Origin: an uncultured virus (IMG/VR IMGVR_UViG_3300030433_003054)
Lineage: Duplodnaviria > Heunggongvirae > Uroviricota > Caudoviricetes
Virus record (IMG/VR): IMGVR_UViG_3300030433_003054
Direction: 5' to 3' (one strand)
Length of the DNA: 64,000 nt
The position numbers were made by a program, and so were the translations under genes. Below are positions 9,576 to 19,671 of the stretch, piece by piece (the stretch's first letter is position 1; every line of letters starts with the position of its first letter). Under the pieces are notes generated by a model. It searched no databases. It was not told the origin of the DNA and was given only the letters and a program-made list of their open reading frames with translations.

Positions 9576-10174
9576 TATTTCATTAGTTTTGTAACTAATA
9601 CATATCCCGATCCAATCACAGCGACACCTGCCGACATGAGGGCAATATTACGGGTCAATGGCTTTTTTTGATACATACCTACAAAAAGAGGAATCATAGG
9701 CAATACAAATCCTGATGCACCTTTAAGACCCTCCATAATCCCAGAGGAGAATATTTTTGATGCGGTGTAATATATACCGATGGAACCCAATGTACCTACT
9801 ATCGCTCCATATCCCTTCGGTTTGACCTTTTTAGCAAGCATTTTTTCTAGCGAATACCCAGCTACACTACCCACCAACATTAGGGAAGAGAGAAACAATC
9901 CTGTTTTAAATGCACTCCCTGAGTCCACAGAACCTAATACGTCAATACCCTTTTGATGTAATGATGGTGGCTTATTGTATCGACTCATGTAGGGCGCAAC
10001 GTCCATACGATGAGAATAATCCTGCCATTGCTCATTGTGCATATGGGATAGGTCTATATTTTGATTAACTAGTGGTGTTTTTTGATGTATGGGTCGGGCC
10101 TGTGGCTTAGATGCTGCATCTGCTTGGGCCACGTCGTCAGCTAAATAATCGACACTTTGATCAGGACTAAACAT
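9575..10174 (-). CDS. Multi-pass membrane protein
   Basis: About four hydrophobic segments in the C-terminal half. Confidence 0.7.
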   Translation of the reverse strand: MFSPDQSVDYLADDVAQADAASKPQARPIHQKTPLVNQNIDLSHMHNEQWQDYSHRMDVAPYMSRYNKPPSLHQKGIDVLGSVDSGSAFKTGLFLSSLMLVGSVAGYSLEKMLAKKVKPKGYGAIVGTLGSIGIYYTASKIFSSGIMEGLKGASGFVLPMIPLFVGMYQKKPLTRNIALMSAGVAVIGSGYVLVTKLMK

Positions 10175-11069
10175 TTTTTATTCTCCATTTGGTAAAGGCT
10201 TTATCTAAAACTTGTCTTAATTCTCTTTTATATGGCTGTTTATTTTTACCTAGCATTTCCCATGCTTCGTCTTGACTGACCCAATAAAGATCGTCGGTTT
10301 CCATCATCTCAATATCGTCGTCCTCAGACAACGGAGATACTAGATAAAATTTTTGCTTTGTACCAGCCAATGATACATCTGACACAAAATCGACTAATTT
10401 TGTATCAAATCCTGTTTCTTCTTTGATCTCTCTGTGTAGTGCTTCGTCTAGGGATTCTCCCCCCTCGACTGTACCACCGTAAAACTCCCAGCGAATACCC
10501 TTATAGCGATTTTTAGGTGCTCTGATCAGTACATACCCTTCATCGTCAATCATCACAGCTTGTACCGACAATTTATAGGGAGCAATGCGCTTCCTTCTGA
10601 TTCGTCTTTTCGGTATGGTATCTCTTGGATTTGGTTGCTTAGGACGTTCAATTTGCTTGACGGGTTGATGTATTGGGAGGATATCTAATGGGTTTCGATA
10701 TGTTCTCTGTTCGGTCGCCCCGTTTTGATATGAGTTTGGAACGTGTGAAGGTTCATCGTGATCATCTTCGGATTCGTACTCGTCCAATTCCTCATCATCT
10801 AGGTAATGGATTTGAGATTCTTCCTCCAATTCATCATAGGACTCTGAATATTCCTCTGACTCTTCCTGTGAATCCTCTTGTGAATTAGCGAATAAGTAGC
10901 CTAGTGAACTTGTTCTTCTAGGATTCTCAGTATGTATTTCCGCAACAGCACCACGTCTTTTCGCCTTGATATTGAATTGATCCCTGACCTTTTCAGCCTG
11001 AGCACGATCTTCGTATGCACCAATATCCCCGACTATTTTATTCCCACGTTTGAGTTTTATACGCAACAT
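10167..11069 (-). CDS. NUDIX hydrolase with long acidic/basic N-terminal extension
   Basis: Nudix box GGTVEGGESLDEALHREIKEETG. Confidence 0.85.
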   Translation of the reverse strand: MLRIKLKRGNKIVGDIGAYEDRAQAEKVRDQFNIKAKRRGAVAEIHTENPRRTSSLGYLFANSQEDSQEESEEYSESYDELEEESQIHYLDDEELDEYESEDDHDEPSHVPNSYQNGATEQRTYRNPLDILPIHQPVKQIERPKQPNPRDTIPKRRIRRKRIAPYKLSVQAVMIDDEGYVLIRAPKNRYKGIRWEFYGGTVEGGESLDEALHREIKEETGFDTKLVDFVSDVSLAGTKQKFYLVSPLSEDDDIEMMETDDLYWVSQDEAWEMLGKNKQPYKRELRQVLDKAFTKWRIKNV

Positions 11070-11167
11070 CTATTGACCTATAAGCAATGAACGGTTAAAC
11101 TAGATTTGAACATCTCCAATGTTCAATTTTTGGCAATGCAATGGGGCGCACTAATGCGACCCCATTC

Positions 11168-11704
11168 TTATTTTTCTGAGAAGGTTTTTTTATACCACAC
11201 AGTTGAAACATCATTCGCCTTTATAGGGCCACCACCAGCCCATGTTTTACATGTACGATCTGACCTACATTTAAATGCGTGTGGCCAGCAATATCCGAAA
11301 ACACCCTTATCAGATAAACCCTCCTTATCATAGCTGTCAGGATTTGGAGGCAAACAGGATTGCATCTGAGGGGATACATCGAAAAAACTACAATTGGCAC
11401 ACCTCATTGTCTTAATTTCTTCAATAGTTTCTTGGGTAGGCTCTCGTCGCCATACCTGAGCTAACCGACTCCAAAATTTTTGTGATGGAAGAGCGGGATT
11501 AGGTGGCCCGTACATAAAATCATCTATGGCAATTTGACGATTATTTGTATTAAGCCCAATATCTGTTGTGGCAGGAGGGCAGCCGAAATTGGGATTCGGT
11601 TTATCATTACCATTGATCTTTTTATCTTTTGCGCTCTCTCCCTCACGTTTCGAATAGAGCCATGCACCAACGGCCCCGAAAAAGAGGATATCAACAAATT
11701 TCAT
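11168..11704 (-). CDS. N-terminally anchored cysteine-rich phage protein (HiPIP-like Cys pattern)
   Basis: Hydrophobic N-terminus; CPPAT..N..NR..AI...YGP.NP, RCANCSFF, GYC..FKC..RTC..W. Confidence 0.65.
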   Translation of the reverse strand: MKFVDILFFGAVGAWLYSKREGESAKDKKINGNDKPNPNFGCPPATTDIGLNTNNRQIAIDDFMYGPPNPALPSQKFWSRLAQVWRREPTQETIEEIKTMRCANCSFFDVSPQMQSCLPPNPDSYDKEGLSDKGVFGYCWPHAFKCRSDRTCKTWAGGGPIKANDVSTVWYKKTFSEK

Positions 11705-11705
11705 T

Positions 11706-13925
11706 TCATTTTTTCCATGTTCGCTGTTTTTCTATTTTATTATATACTCTCTTTGGGAGCTTGTTAGCAAGATCATTGTCACTTGTGAAAAAGGTTTTAC
11801 CCCCGACAAGGAAGCTATTGACCCTTGCATATCCCCATGATTCAGGGGTTTGAGCAGGTCTGTGTCCACCACTAGCCCATGCACCCACACCACGATCAAA
11901 AACGTCTTTGAGCACCGATTCAGGGACTTTATCACCATAGTATTTTGATGCAGCTTTACTCTTGTCTTTCAAATCTCCATCGAATCCTCTTTTATGCGCT
12001 TCGACGGTATAAGGGGATTTGCGACTCTTTTTGTTTTGATCGGTGATAAACGGTCTATATAGCTGATCCATAACCTTTTGAGGGAATTTAGATTCGTCGC
12101 CATACTTTTCCAGAGCTTTATCATATTCGATTCGTCGACTCTCAATCTCTTTAATCCGTTTTTCAAGCTCTTTGCCTTCGTACCCTGACAAATATTTCTG
12201 AGGAATTTTTAGGCCCCTTTTATCTCTGACAACAGGATTCTTTTTGCAATACGCACAATGCTTTTTAATGATACCGCCAGCCATGCGCTCTTTTCCGCCT
12301 CCGTTGGGGAGTGGGTGATCGCTGTAATTGTCACCATACCGATGTATTACAATAGACCGACCTTCGATCTCAGAGAGCTTTAAACGTGGTGCATATAGTG
12401 TCTGATTTGACTCTCCATAATCGTCAGCAAAGATTCTAGGCAAATCCCCCTTGTGTCCGTTACCTGTGGGGGAACCATGATAACCAGCATTATCGGGATC
12501 ATAGTGCGAACCAGCACTCCCACCTGATATCCACTTGTCACCCTTTTTAGAGGGTGACAGATCCCCATACTCATGGATATGCGTACCATGATAGCCTTGT
12601 GGCAATTGAGATAGTGATGTATCTATTCTTAGGCCCTGATTGGTATCTGTCAGTATAACGTGACCAATCTTTTCATGGATACCCTGTGACGATAAAAAAT
12701 GAATCGGTACGGTCAGGCTTTTAGTAGGATTACTTTTAGGACTCTGTTCTAATTTATAGATGTTCAATATCTCAGACGGAAAATCTTTAACTGTTGATAA
12801 ATATTCTATCTTCTGTTCCTCGTCGGGTAGCCATTCCAATTCTTCGATATCCTCTTCGGATAGATATTGAGCAATATCTATGAGAGGAATTGTATTATCG
12901 TGTTCGCTCAGACCCACCTCTTCCACACGTTCAATAAAATCATCATTTTCTGAATCTTCGTACTCTTCTACGATTTTTTTAATAGCTCCATACCGATGGG
13001 AGCCTGTTAGCAAATTTCCTTCACCTAGACTTAAAAGTGGTCTACCGACCCAACCATTTTGTAATAACGATTTGATGATGGACTTTAATTTACTTGTATC
13101 ATCTACCTGATGAGGAGGTTCCATCATAACTATATCATGCGACGATACAAATTCCGCATCTTCATTGTACGATGGATTCGCAGCGAATAGTTGTAATTGA
13201 GTAGTCAGGGAACGCATGATATCTCTTCTCTTTTTTACCAATGCAAATCCACGTCGTGTCGGTTTCACCTCCCATATGGTGACACCTGAGATGCCATGAG
13301 GACGGGTTTTGACCACTTGGAGATACTTAGCTTTGATTGCTTTGGTAATCCCGTCACTTTTAGGTCTTTGTTCTGACCCAATCACGACTGTGGGTTCCTT
13401 GTCCTCCCTATCTCTGACCGCAAAAACCACCTCTTGAACCATATCTTCATCTAGGTCTGTAAGATACGGATCTTTGGGTGTAAAATCGAAGGATAATTGA
13501 GTGGGTGGATTCGATACATATCTTTTCCATTCCAGTGACGATAAAGGAGCTTGGGTATCCAGCCATTTCTTTAATCGTTTCGGGGACGGAGAATAGGCCC
13601 ATGCAATTAAACCTAAATGCCGACGGGTAGGTTCTCCCTTCGGAGTCCACCCCGTTGAATATGTATCATTGGCCCTCATCTGTTCTAGGTGACGTGCAAT
13701 AAATTGGTTACGTCGATCTGACCACGTTTCGTGATTGTTTCGTCCAGTAAGACGTTTTTTCATTTTCGATATCGATCCATTGGAGGCTATATAAGCCTCC
13801 ACAAATCCTTCTTTGGTCTGTTTCGAAGGCTGTACACCTCTTGCAACCTCAGATACATGATATCGATCCATTGCAGGAACAGAACGTAAAACATCATTGA
13901 GAGAGAGCCAATTGTATCTCATCAT
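11706..13925 (-). CDS. Five-module polyprotein including ParB-like, Cu/Zn superoxide dismutase and DUF5824-like domains
   Basis: PTRRHLGLIAWAYSP module; LLTGSHRY (ParB-like); SOD ligands HGTHIH, GSHYDP, YHG, GHKGDL, VIH, ERM; RGVGAWASGGHRP..SWGYARVNSF (DUF5824-like). Confidence 0.8.
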   Translation of the reverse strand: MMRYNWLSLNDVLRSVPAMDRYHVSEVARGVQPSKQTKEGFVEAYIASNGSISKMKKRLTGRNNHETWSDRRNQFIARHLEQMRANDTYSTGWTPKGEPTRRHLGLIAWAYSPSPKRLKKWLDTQAPLSSLEWKRYVSNPPTQLSFDFTPKDPYLTDLDEDMVQEVVFAVRDREDKEPTVVIGSEQRPKSDGITKAIKAKYLQVVKTRPHGISGVTIWEVKPTRRGFALVKKRRDIMRSLTTQLQLFAANPSYNEDAEFVSSHDIVMMEPPHQVDDTSKLKSIIKSLLQNGWVGRPLLSLGEGNLLTGSHRYGAIKKIVEEYEDSENDDFIERVEEVGLSEHDNTIPLIDIAQYLSEEDIEELEWLPDEEQKIEYLSTVKDFPSEILNIYKLEQSPKSNPTKSLTVPIHFLSSQGIHEKIGHVILTDTNQGLRIDTSLSQLPQGYHGTHIHEYGDLSPSKKGDKWISGGSAGSHYDPDNAGYHGSPTGNGHKGDLPRIFADDYGESNQTLYAPRLKLSEIEGRSIVIHRYGDNYSDHPLPNGGGKERMAGGIIKKHCAYCKKNPVVRDKRGLKIPQKYLSGYEGKELEKRIKEIESRRIEYDKALEKYGDESKFPQKVMDQLYRPFITDQNKKSRKSPYTVEAHKRGFDGDLKDKSKAASKYYGDKVPESVLKDVFDRGVGAWASGGHRPAQTPESWGYARVNSFLVGGKTFFTSDNDLANKLPKRVYNKIEKQRTWKK

Positions 13926-14680
13926 GCCCTACTCGTTAGATACCATGCACCTAAAACTAGGGGAATACCGATAAGCAGAGCAGTATTACCATAACGATAT
14001 CGTTTTACCAATTTTAAAAACTCTGTCCAGTTAAAGGTTTCTCCCATATCATAGTGACACGATCCACCCCCAGCTTTACCCTGTAAATATGGATTCGATG
14101 GTGTGATTCTAGGTTGATTGCCGCAGGAACCAGTATGAGCATGGCCGAATATATGTTGTCGGTCTATGGGGATATCGTATCTTTTAGAGATATCGGCCAC
14201 CAATTTAGCTAACGAATCGATCTGTACTTTGGAAAATCCAATATTCTCCTGAATACTTTTACCGACTTGAATTTTACCAGCATTAGAGTATCCATCGGGC
14301 CTGACTGTGAATCCAGCAACCTCTATACCAATAGTCCAATCATTTGCGCTTGATCCACCATGCCATGCGATATCTTTTTCTAGCACCATCTGAATCACCG
14401 TTCCGTCACGTTCCACTCCAAAATGAGCACTAGCACCACGTTCAGGATCAACAAGTGTAGGAATACCACCGTCCCAGCCTTCGGTAGTATGTAATACAAT
14501 CCCCTTTATATCATTCTTTGTTCGGGAGGCAGTTTCATAATTGGGAGATGGAGCGAAGAGGTAGCCATCATCACTAGGGCCGATAACATATTGCAAGCTC
14601 CGTTCTTTTCCCCGTTCAAAATTCCGTACTTGTCGATCTGATAAGTCTTTTCCGACTCCTAACCATTTTTTTTCGTTCAT
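13922..14680 (-). CDS. N-acetylmuramoyl-L-alanine amidase (Amidase_2) with C-terminal membrane anchor
   Basis: IVLHTT, SAHFGV, AWHGG, TIGIEV, IFGH motifs; ends ALLIGIPLVLGAWYLTSRA. Confidence 0.85.
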   Translation of the reverse strand: MNEKKWLGVGKDLSDRQVRNFERGKERSLQYVIGPSDDGYLFAPSPNYETASRTKNDIKGIVLHTTEGWDGGIPTLVDPERGASAHFGVERDGTVIQMVLEKDIAWHGGSSANDWTIGIEVAGFTVRPDGYSNAGKIQVGKSIQENIGFSKVQIDSLAKLVADISKRYDIPIDRQHIFGHAHTGSCGNQPRITPSNPYLQGKAGGGSCHYDMGETFNWTEFLKLVKRYRYGNTALLIGIPLVLGAWYLTSRA

Positions 14681-15252
14681 TTTTTACCTCTTAAAAAGAA
14701 AATACCCGCCACAACACCAGCGATGAGTAATTTGGTCAATACCGATGATTTGACGGACTGTAATAATTCATTGCTGATAGAATCGACGATTTGGGTGTAG
14801 CTCGATTTAGGATAGTGTACACCATCTGAACCGATTTTAGGTGTATATTGCATGATATCAATATATTTAATTTTAGAGGGTAGATTATCCCTCAGCCAAT
14901 TATGCGTCCACAAATGCCGTTTTTGCACTCCCTCATCGGTAGCATAAAAGGGAGATATCCACACAACCCGTCGATTATTTGCTTCGATAAGGTTTAGGAA
15001 TTCATCGACTCTCTCTTTATATTTTGCATCTGATAGATAATGATTGTTGCCTCCCAGCGACACAATAATGATATCGGGATTCTGACTCAAACCATATTCA
15101 AGATCGGTCGGATCTCTATTGTACGAATAGGTGGCCCAGCCAATATTAGATACAGCATCAACAACATCATATCCATTGTCCATTAAAAGATCAGAGATCA
15201 TGGGAAATGTTATTTTTGTGTGGCTATCGCCAATGAGCATTACTTTTTTCAT
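14677..15252 (-). CDS. SGNH/GDSL hydrolase with C-terminal membrane anchor
   Basis: IGDSH, LGGNN and DGVHY blocks; ends LLIAGVVAGIFFLRGKK. Likely start MKKVML. Confidence 0.8.
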   Translation of the reverse strand: MKKVMLIGDSHTKITFPMISDLLMDNGYDVVDAVSNIGWATYSYNRDPTDLEYGLSQNPDIIIVSLGGNNHYLSDAKYKERVDEFLNLIEANNRRVVWISPFYATDEGVQKRHLWTHNWLRDNLPSKIKYIDIMQYTPKIGSDGVHYPKSSYTQIVDSISNELLQSVKSSVLTKLLIAGVVAGIFFLRGKK

Positions 15253-15254
15253 TT

Positions 15255-16271
15255 TTACCCCAATACGATTACAAATTCGATGCGCAGTAAGCACTGTGGT
15301 GTCGATGTAGACCCATTGGCCCCGTTTAATTTACCCAGTCGTACCACCGCATTATTAGAGCTTGTGGGAGGTGTCAGTGTAGCCTCTCCGCTCGTCGTCG
15401 ATAAATAAATTGTTTTACCGTTGTCAGTAGTAAGAGGAGCAGTAGAAAATTTTATATTAATCTGTCCAGCCGTCACGACCTGAATCGTATCACCCTGTAC
15501 ACCGCTTGTATTTGCCACTCCTATGCACTCACCATCATCAGCAGTAGTACTTGACGATTTTATTACTCTCCCAGCGGTCAGGCCCGAATCACTAGATGTT
15601 ACAAACCTGAGAATATCGCCTATGGCGATACTCTCATCAGCAACATATTCACTGATATTGTTTTGAGATGTGGCAGCATCATTCGCATTGGTTCCGATGT
15701 ACCTGAATCCCATTACATAAGGATCGGATACTGACCCCTTAAAATCGTCAGATAAAAGAAGAATCCCCTGTGCGTAATTCCAAATCCACCCCACAGTTTT
15801 ATTTTGTCCTGTACCCGTTGTTCCGTCGGTAGTGGTGATCTGTGTACCCGTCGTCGCAGGATCTCCATCATATAAAACGATGGAATACCCAATAGATGCA
15901 GCACCACTAGATTGGGGTACAAGCTGAGGCTGTAACCAATTGTCTAGTATTGCTGACGTTGGATCGTTGTACGTTGTATATGCAATGTACGTCGAATTGT
16001 TTGTACCAGCGACGGGAGTAAGACGCACCGCACTAGATGTTTGGGATAGATCGGAAATAATTGTGGGATTATTCGATGCGTTTGTACGGGCCACCGCTAA
16101 CGATGATGCAGCAGGGATCAACGATAACTGTGTAAGGATTTTCGTGCCATTGAGCAGAAAAGCAAACGGATTGCGGCTCTCATACCATTGTGCGATAGGA
16201 TTCGCATCTAGTACATTAGCCGCCAGTGCTTTACTATTGAGATTTATTCGCTCTTGGTTAGAAAAACCCAT
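15255..16271 (-). CDS. Putative virion structural protein with C-terminal cement/decoration-like (DUF2190-like) domain
   Basis: Ser/Thr-rich. C-terminus IAIGDIL..CIGVA..IYLS..G..T.TPP..LG resembles the C-terminus of 28842..31010. Confidence 0.6.
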   Translation of the reverse strand: MGFSNQERINLNSKALAANVLDANPIAQWYESRNPFAFLLNGTKILTQLSLIPAASSLAVARTNASNNPTIISDLSQTSSAVRLTPVAGTNNSTYIAYTTYNDPTSAILDNWLQPQLVPQSSGAASIGYSIVLYDGDPATTGTQITTTDGTTGTGQNKTVGWIWNYAQGILLLSDDFKGSVSDPYVMGFRYIGTNANDAATSQNNISEYVADESIAIGDILRFVTSSDSGLTAGRVIKSSSTTADDGECIGVANTSGVQGDTIQVVTAGQINIKFSTAPLTTDNGKTIYLSTTSGEATLTPPTSSNNAVVRLGKLNGANGSTSTPQCLLRIEFVIVLG

Positions 16272-16276
16272 TTTAA

Positions 16277-17248
16277 TTAGTCCTCTTGCATCGCTTGTAC
16301 CAATAAGCCATAAGCAACAGCATTATATGGATCTCTTGCTTGTCGGATCTCTGATATCTCAAATGGCAACCGCTTGGAGGATACCACGTTTTTAAAAAAT
16401 TCAAGGAAATTGCCAGCTTTTGAGGTTCCACCCGATACGACAATTGGGATTGGTTTGGAGAACACCATTTGCAATTTATTCTTCTGAAATTGCTTTGTCA
16501 CCATAGATAAAGAGTATTCGATAAGCTCTTTATAGTAAAAGCTCAAAGCCTCCTCTATTCGGTTTTGAGGGGCCAATAGATCAATACCCTGTTCCTTCGT
16601 CAAGCATACCGAAGCTTGACTCTGACCAGTCGCCATCGAAGCTCCTTGATCTATCCAGTCACCACCACGTTCAACAGAAAAAGCCATGCACTCAATAGAC
16701 AAATTCGCCAATGCGATATTTGTCATTCCTGAACCAAAAGAAAATGCAATGCCCGTAAAATTCTCTCTTGAACACTCAGAAAAGATTATTGCCATCGCTT
16801 CATTCGATGGAATTGCCTTGTATCCTATATCTGACACAATGCGCTCAAATAGCCTTTTATGATAAATGGTATCCCTAGATGGATTGTCAATGGGTGCTGA
16901 GGGAATTGAGAAATAGCATGGTTCGTTGGGCTGTGGATCGCCTAGAATACTTTTTATCATGTATGCAAGAACGTCCACCGCTCCTATCTCATTGGGAGAT
17001 ACCAACCCTTTTGATAGGGGCCGTCTGACCTCACGACCGAACATGTTTGCCATCTCTAATGCCGCATCAGAGAGAATCAAAATCTCATCATCTGTTTCGA
17101 CAAAATCCGCACCACTCAATTTCAGTAGCTTTTTAGAGGATTTGGGGAGGGAGAGAAACGCATCACGAATTCTTGACGTGACTGTTTTTGACCCCTCCTT
17201 TTTTGCCATAACAATATTCATGGTTCCTATATCTAGCCCTTTTGCCAT
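16277..17248 (-). CDS. Actin-like ATPase (MreB/MamK/ParM superfamily)
   Basis: Phosphate-1 GLDIGTMNI, RRPLSKG, NEAMA, phosphate-2-like FSFGSGMTN, adenosine motif VVSGGTS, AVAYG. Confidence 0.85.
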   Translation of the reverse strand: MAKGLDIGTMNIVMAKKEGSKTVTSRIRDAFLSLPKSSKKLLKLSGADFVETDDEILILSDAALEMANMFGREVRRPLSKGLVSPNEIGAVDVLAYMIKSILGDPQPNEPCYFSIPSAPIDNPSRDTIYHKRLFERIVSDIGYKAIPSNEAMAIIFSECSRENFTGIAFSFGSGMTNIALANLSIECMAFSVERGGDWIDQGASMATGQSQASVCLTKEQGIDLLAPQNRIEEALSFYYKELIEYSLSMVTKQFQKNKLQMVFSKPIPIVVSGGTSKAGNFLEFFKNVVSSKRLPFEISEIRQARDPYNAVAYGLLVQAMQED

Positions 17249-17886
17249 TATTCTTTATCCTTTAATCTCTTTAATGTTTCGCTTGCCTCCGAAACATTGG
17301 TGTTTGCTGTGTGTTGTTCTGTTCGGATTCTCCCGACCAGTGTAGTTCCCATTCTTGACGGTATAAATGTTGGGGTAGGTGCATCACAAATATCGTCCGA
17401 TGGTATTGGCTCAGAGATATTATTAAATTCGATGCGTTGTAACCTATTGTCTATTTCATGGAGTAAAATTTGTCGATGTTGTGCCAATTTGCGATCGATA
17501 AGCTCTGATATCTCCTCAATAGTGATTGAAGAGCCAACCTGAGATATTTTCGGATCACGATCTTTTTTTTCGTCTAGGACGACTTTTTTTATCGTGTGAA
17601 AAATATCCTCCAATTGTGCAATAAGAATTATCGCATCTCTCTCTTCTATTGCATATGCGACCGTAGCATGGCCCTTATTTATTTTGACCCTACTTTTGTG
17701 ACCAATCTTAATGAAGAGCTTGTCTTTACCAATCCATTTATCCCGATCTCCCATGTATCCACAAAAGGATTCAATTTGGTCGGCTGAGAAGAAAAAGCTA
17801 TCGACACGATTTTCCGTCGTGCGTATGGATAGAGCGCATGTATCCTCATGTACGGATACCATAAAAATAGAAGAGTAGGTGATCAT
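17248..17886 (-). CDS. Hypothetical protein coupled to the actin-like gene
   Basis: Stop overlaps the actin start by one base; helical C-terminal half. Confidence 0.65.
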   Translation of the reverse strand: MITYSSIFMVSVHEDTCALSIRTTENRVDSFFFSADQIESFCGYMGDRDKWIGKDKLFIKIGHKSRVKINKGHATVAYAIEERDAIILIAQLEDIFHTIKKVVLDEKKDRDPKISQVGSSITIEEISELIDRKLAQHRQILLHEIDNRLQRIEFNNISEPIPSDDICDAPTPTFIPSRMGTTLVGRIRTEQHTANTNVSEASETLKRLKDKE

Positions 17887-19670
17887 GAGAAAGAAACCGT
17901 TATTGTGTCAATTTTAATGCGTGAATCATTGATCCGTATGCGCATGTAAAAGCCATCTTCGCATACAAATCCTCCGAAGGTACAATTTACGGTATTTCCA
18001 GAGCTAGAACCCTCCCTTATTTGTCCGTTGGTCACACCATCATCGAAGGTAGCGAAATTGTATAAAGCACCATGTATGTTCAAAAAATATGGATTCGTTG
18101 GCCCTGTGTTTCCCCCTGTGGAGCTTGCAATCTTAGATATAAATATTTCAAGGTCACTATTGGCTAGGTCTGTGGTCGCATTGGAGATAAAATCTCCTGA
18201 AAATACGATAGTGAATCCTGCCCTAGATGATCCCGATGAGTCTACAATCGTGCGATAATAATTCGATGCTGCTGTAAGGGAGCTATAATCAGGGTTCGCA
18301 CCGCCTGTGTTTGGGGAATATGCTGAAAAATCTGCATTGGTGCTACCGTTAGATAGAGTGGCCGTTGACGGTATCATAAGTTTGCCACCTAATATTAAAG
18401 CCTCACCTGATACAAGAGAATTGGTACTATTCCAATTCCCACCTGTTGCACCACCATTAAAACCGCTATCCTGCCTCCGACTCTCATCATCGAACCTCTC
18501 GATCAGATCGGTCGATGTTGTGCCATATGTATCTATGAGAATAGACGATGAAGAGGAAGCAACAGACGATCCATTGGCCCATGTATCCCTAGCCTGTGCC
18601 GATATCGAAGCTCCTGTCCCTCTGTATCTAAAATTTGAGGAAGATATCGAAGCATCTGTTTTTTGATATGATGCACCCGTATTATCAAATGCATTAGTCC
18701 ACCCCGTAAAATTTGCGCTCCCTGAACCGAAGGGGCTTTGATTCAGATTGGGTATCCCATAATTCGCAAACGTGATCGACAAATTATTAGATGTTCGGGC
18801 TGTGTTGCGATTGAGATTGTCAATGGCTGTAACATCGACCGTAAATTGGGAACCTGTGTTGTAATACTCTATACCTGAGAGATGTTTTGTGACCACCGAT
18901 CCACTTGTTTCAGCTATTGAGGCTGTACCGACACTAGGTGTATTGGGATTAGTATCGTAAAAAACATCACTCTGAGTATATGTATAGGTTCCGCTGCCAT
19001 CAGTGGTCGTATCAACAGTTTGAGATACGACAACATGATATCGTCCACCCTGACGGGATATCCCCGTAAAAAGAGTCGATAGGTCAACGGTTACAGTAGG
19101 AATAGCCTTAAAACGTGTCGTATCGGCTGCATATGAAGATATTGTGATGGAGATATTACCACTCCCATAGCTGCCATTTCCCGTTATTGCTGTGGTCGTG
19201 TGTGACTCTAATGAGGTTGTTCCGTCAGCATCATAGACTGTCACAGTCATAGTGCTATCTCCCCCAAATCCTGTACATTGATTGGTCGTTGTAAATGTTG
19301 CTGTACCATTGAGAGAGGAGCTTCGATTCGATGCGGCCCACCCATTCGTTGAAAATGGATTGCCCTCTGCTGTGGGTGTCGATATTCGGGCCGTACTCCT
19401 AGATATGGATTCTGACACAAAAGCAATGGTCGTGCCGTCCTGCGTATTAAAATGGCTAGCAAATTGGGGAGGCGGTATGTAAATTTGAACGATACCTACA
19501 CCACCTGAGAGTACTTGTACATCAGCACCGATAAAATTCATTACCGTCACGTTGCTATCAACAGTCACCCCTTCGTCTTGTATTTCTAAACTGGAAGATG
19601 AAGATCCCCCTGAGCCACCTGTGATAGAGGCTCCAAGCGCAAAAGGATATTTGGTGGGTAGGTATTTCAT
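17883..19670 (-). CDS. Ser/Thr/Gly-rich putative virion structural protein (595 aa)
   Basis: Beta-strand-rich, low-charge composition typical of fibre, spike or surface proteins. Confidence 0.65.
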   Translation of the reverse strand: MKYLPTKYPFALGASITGGSGGSSSSSLEIQDEGVTVDSNVTVMNFIGADVQVLSGGVGIVQIYIPPPQFASHFNTQDGTTIAFVSESISRSTARISTPTAEGNPFSTNGWAASNRSSSLNGTATFTTTNQCTGFGGDSTMTVTVYDADGTTSLESHTTTAITGNGSYGSGNISITISSYAADTTRFKAIPTVTVDLSTLFTGISRQGGRYHVVVSQTVDTTTDGSGTYTYTQSDVFYDTNPNTPSVGTASIAETSGSVVTKHLSGIEYYNTGSQFTVDVTAIDNLNRNTARTSNNLSITFANYGIPNLNQSPFGSGSANFTGWTNAFDNTGASYQKTDASISSSNFRYRGTGASISAQARDTWANGSSVASSSSSILIDTYGTTSTDLIERFDDESRRQDSGFNGGATGGNWNSTNSLVSGEALILGGKLMIPSTATLSNGSTNADFSAYSPNTGGANPDYSSLTAASNYYRTIVDSSGSSRAGFTIVFSGDFISNATTDLANSDLEIFISKIASSTGGNTGPTNPYFLNIHGALYNFATFDDGVTNGQIREGSSSGNTVNCTFGGFVCEDGFYMRIRINDSRIKIDTITVSFS

Positions 19671-19671
19671 A

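Noticed and set aside
11706..13925. Eukaryotic giant-virus origin, suggested by DUF5824-like, SOD and J-domain genes
   Set aside because: Sigma70 promoters, Shine-Dalgarno sites, coupled operons and peptidoglycan hydrolases point to a bacterial host.
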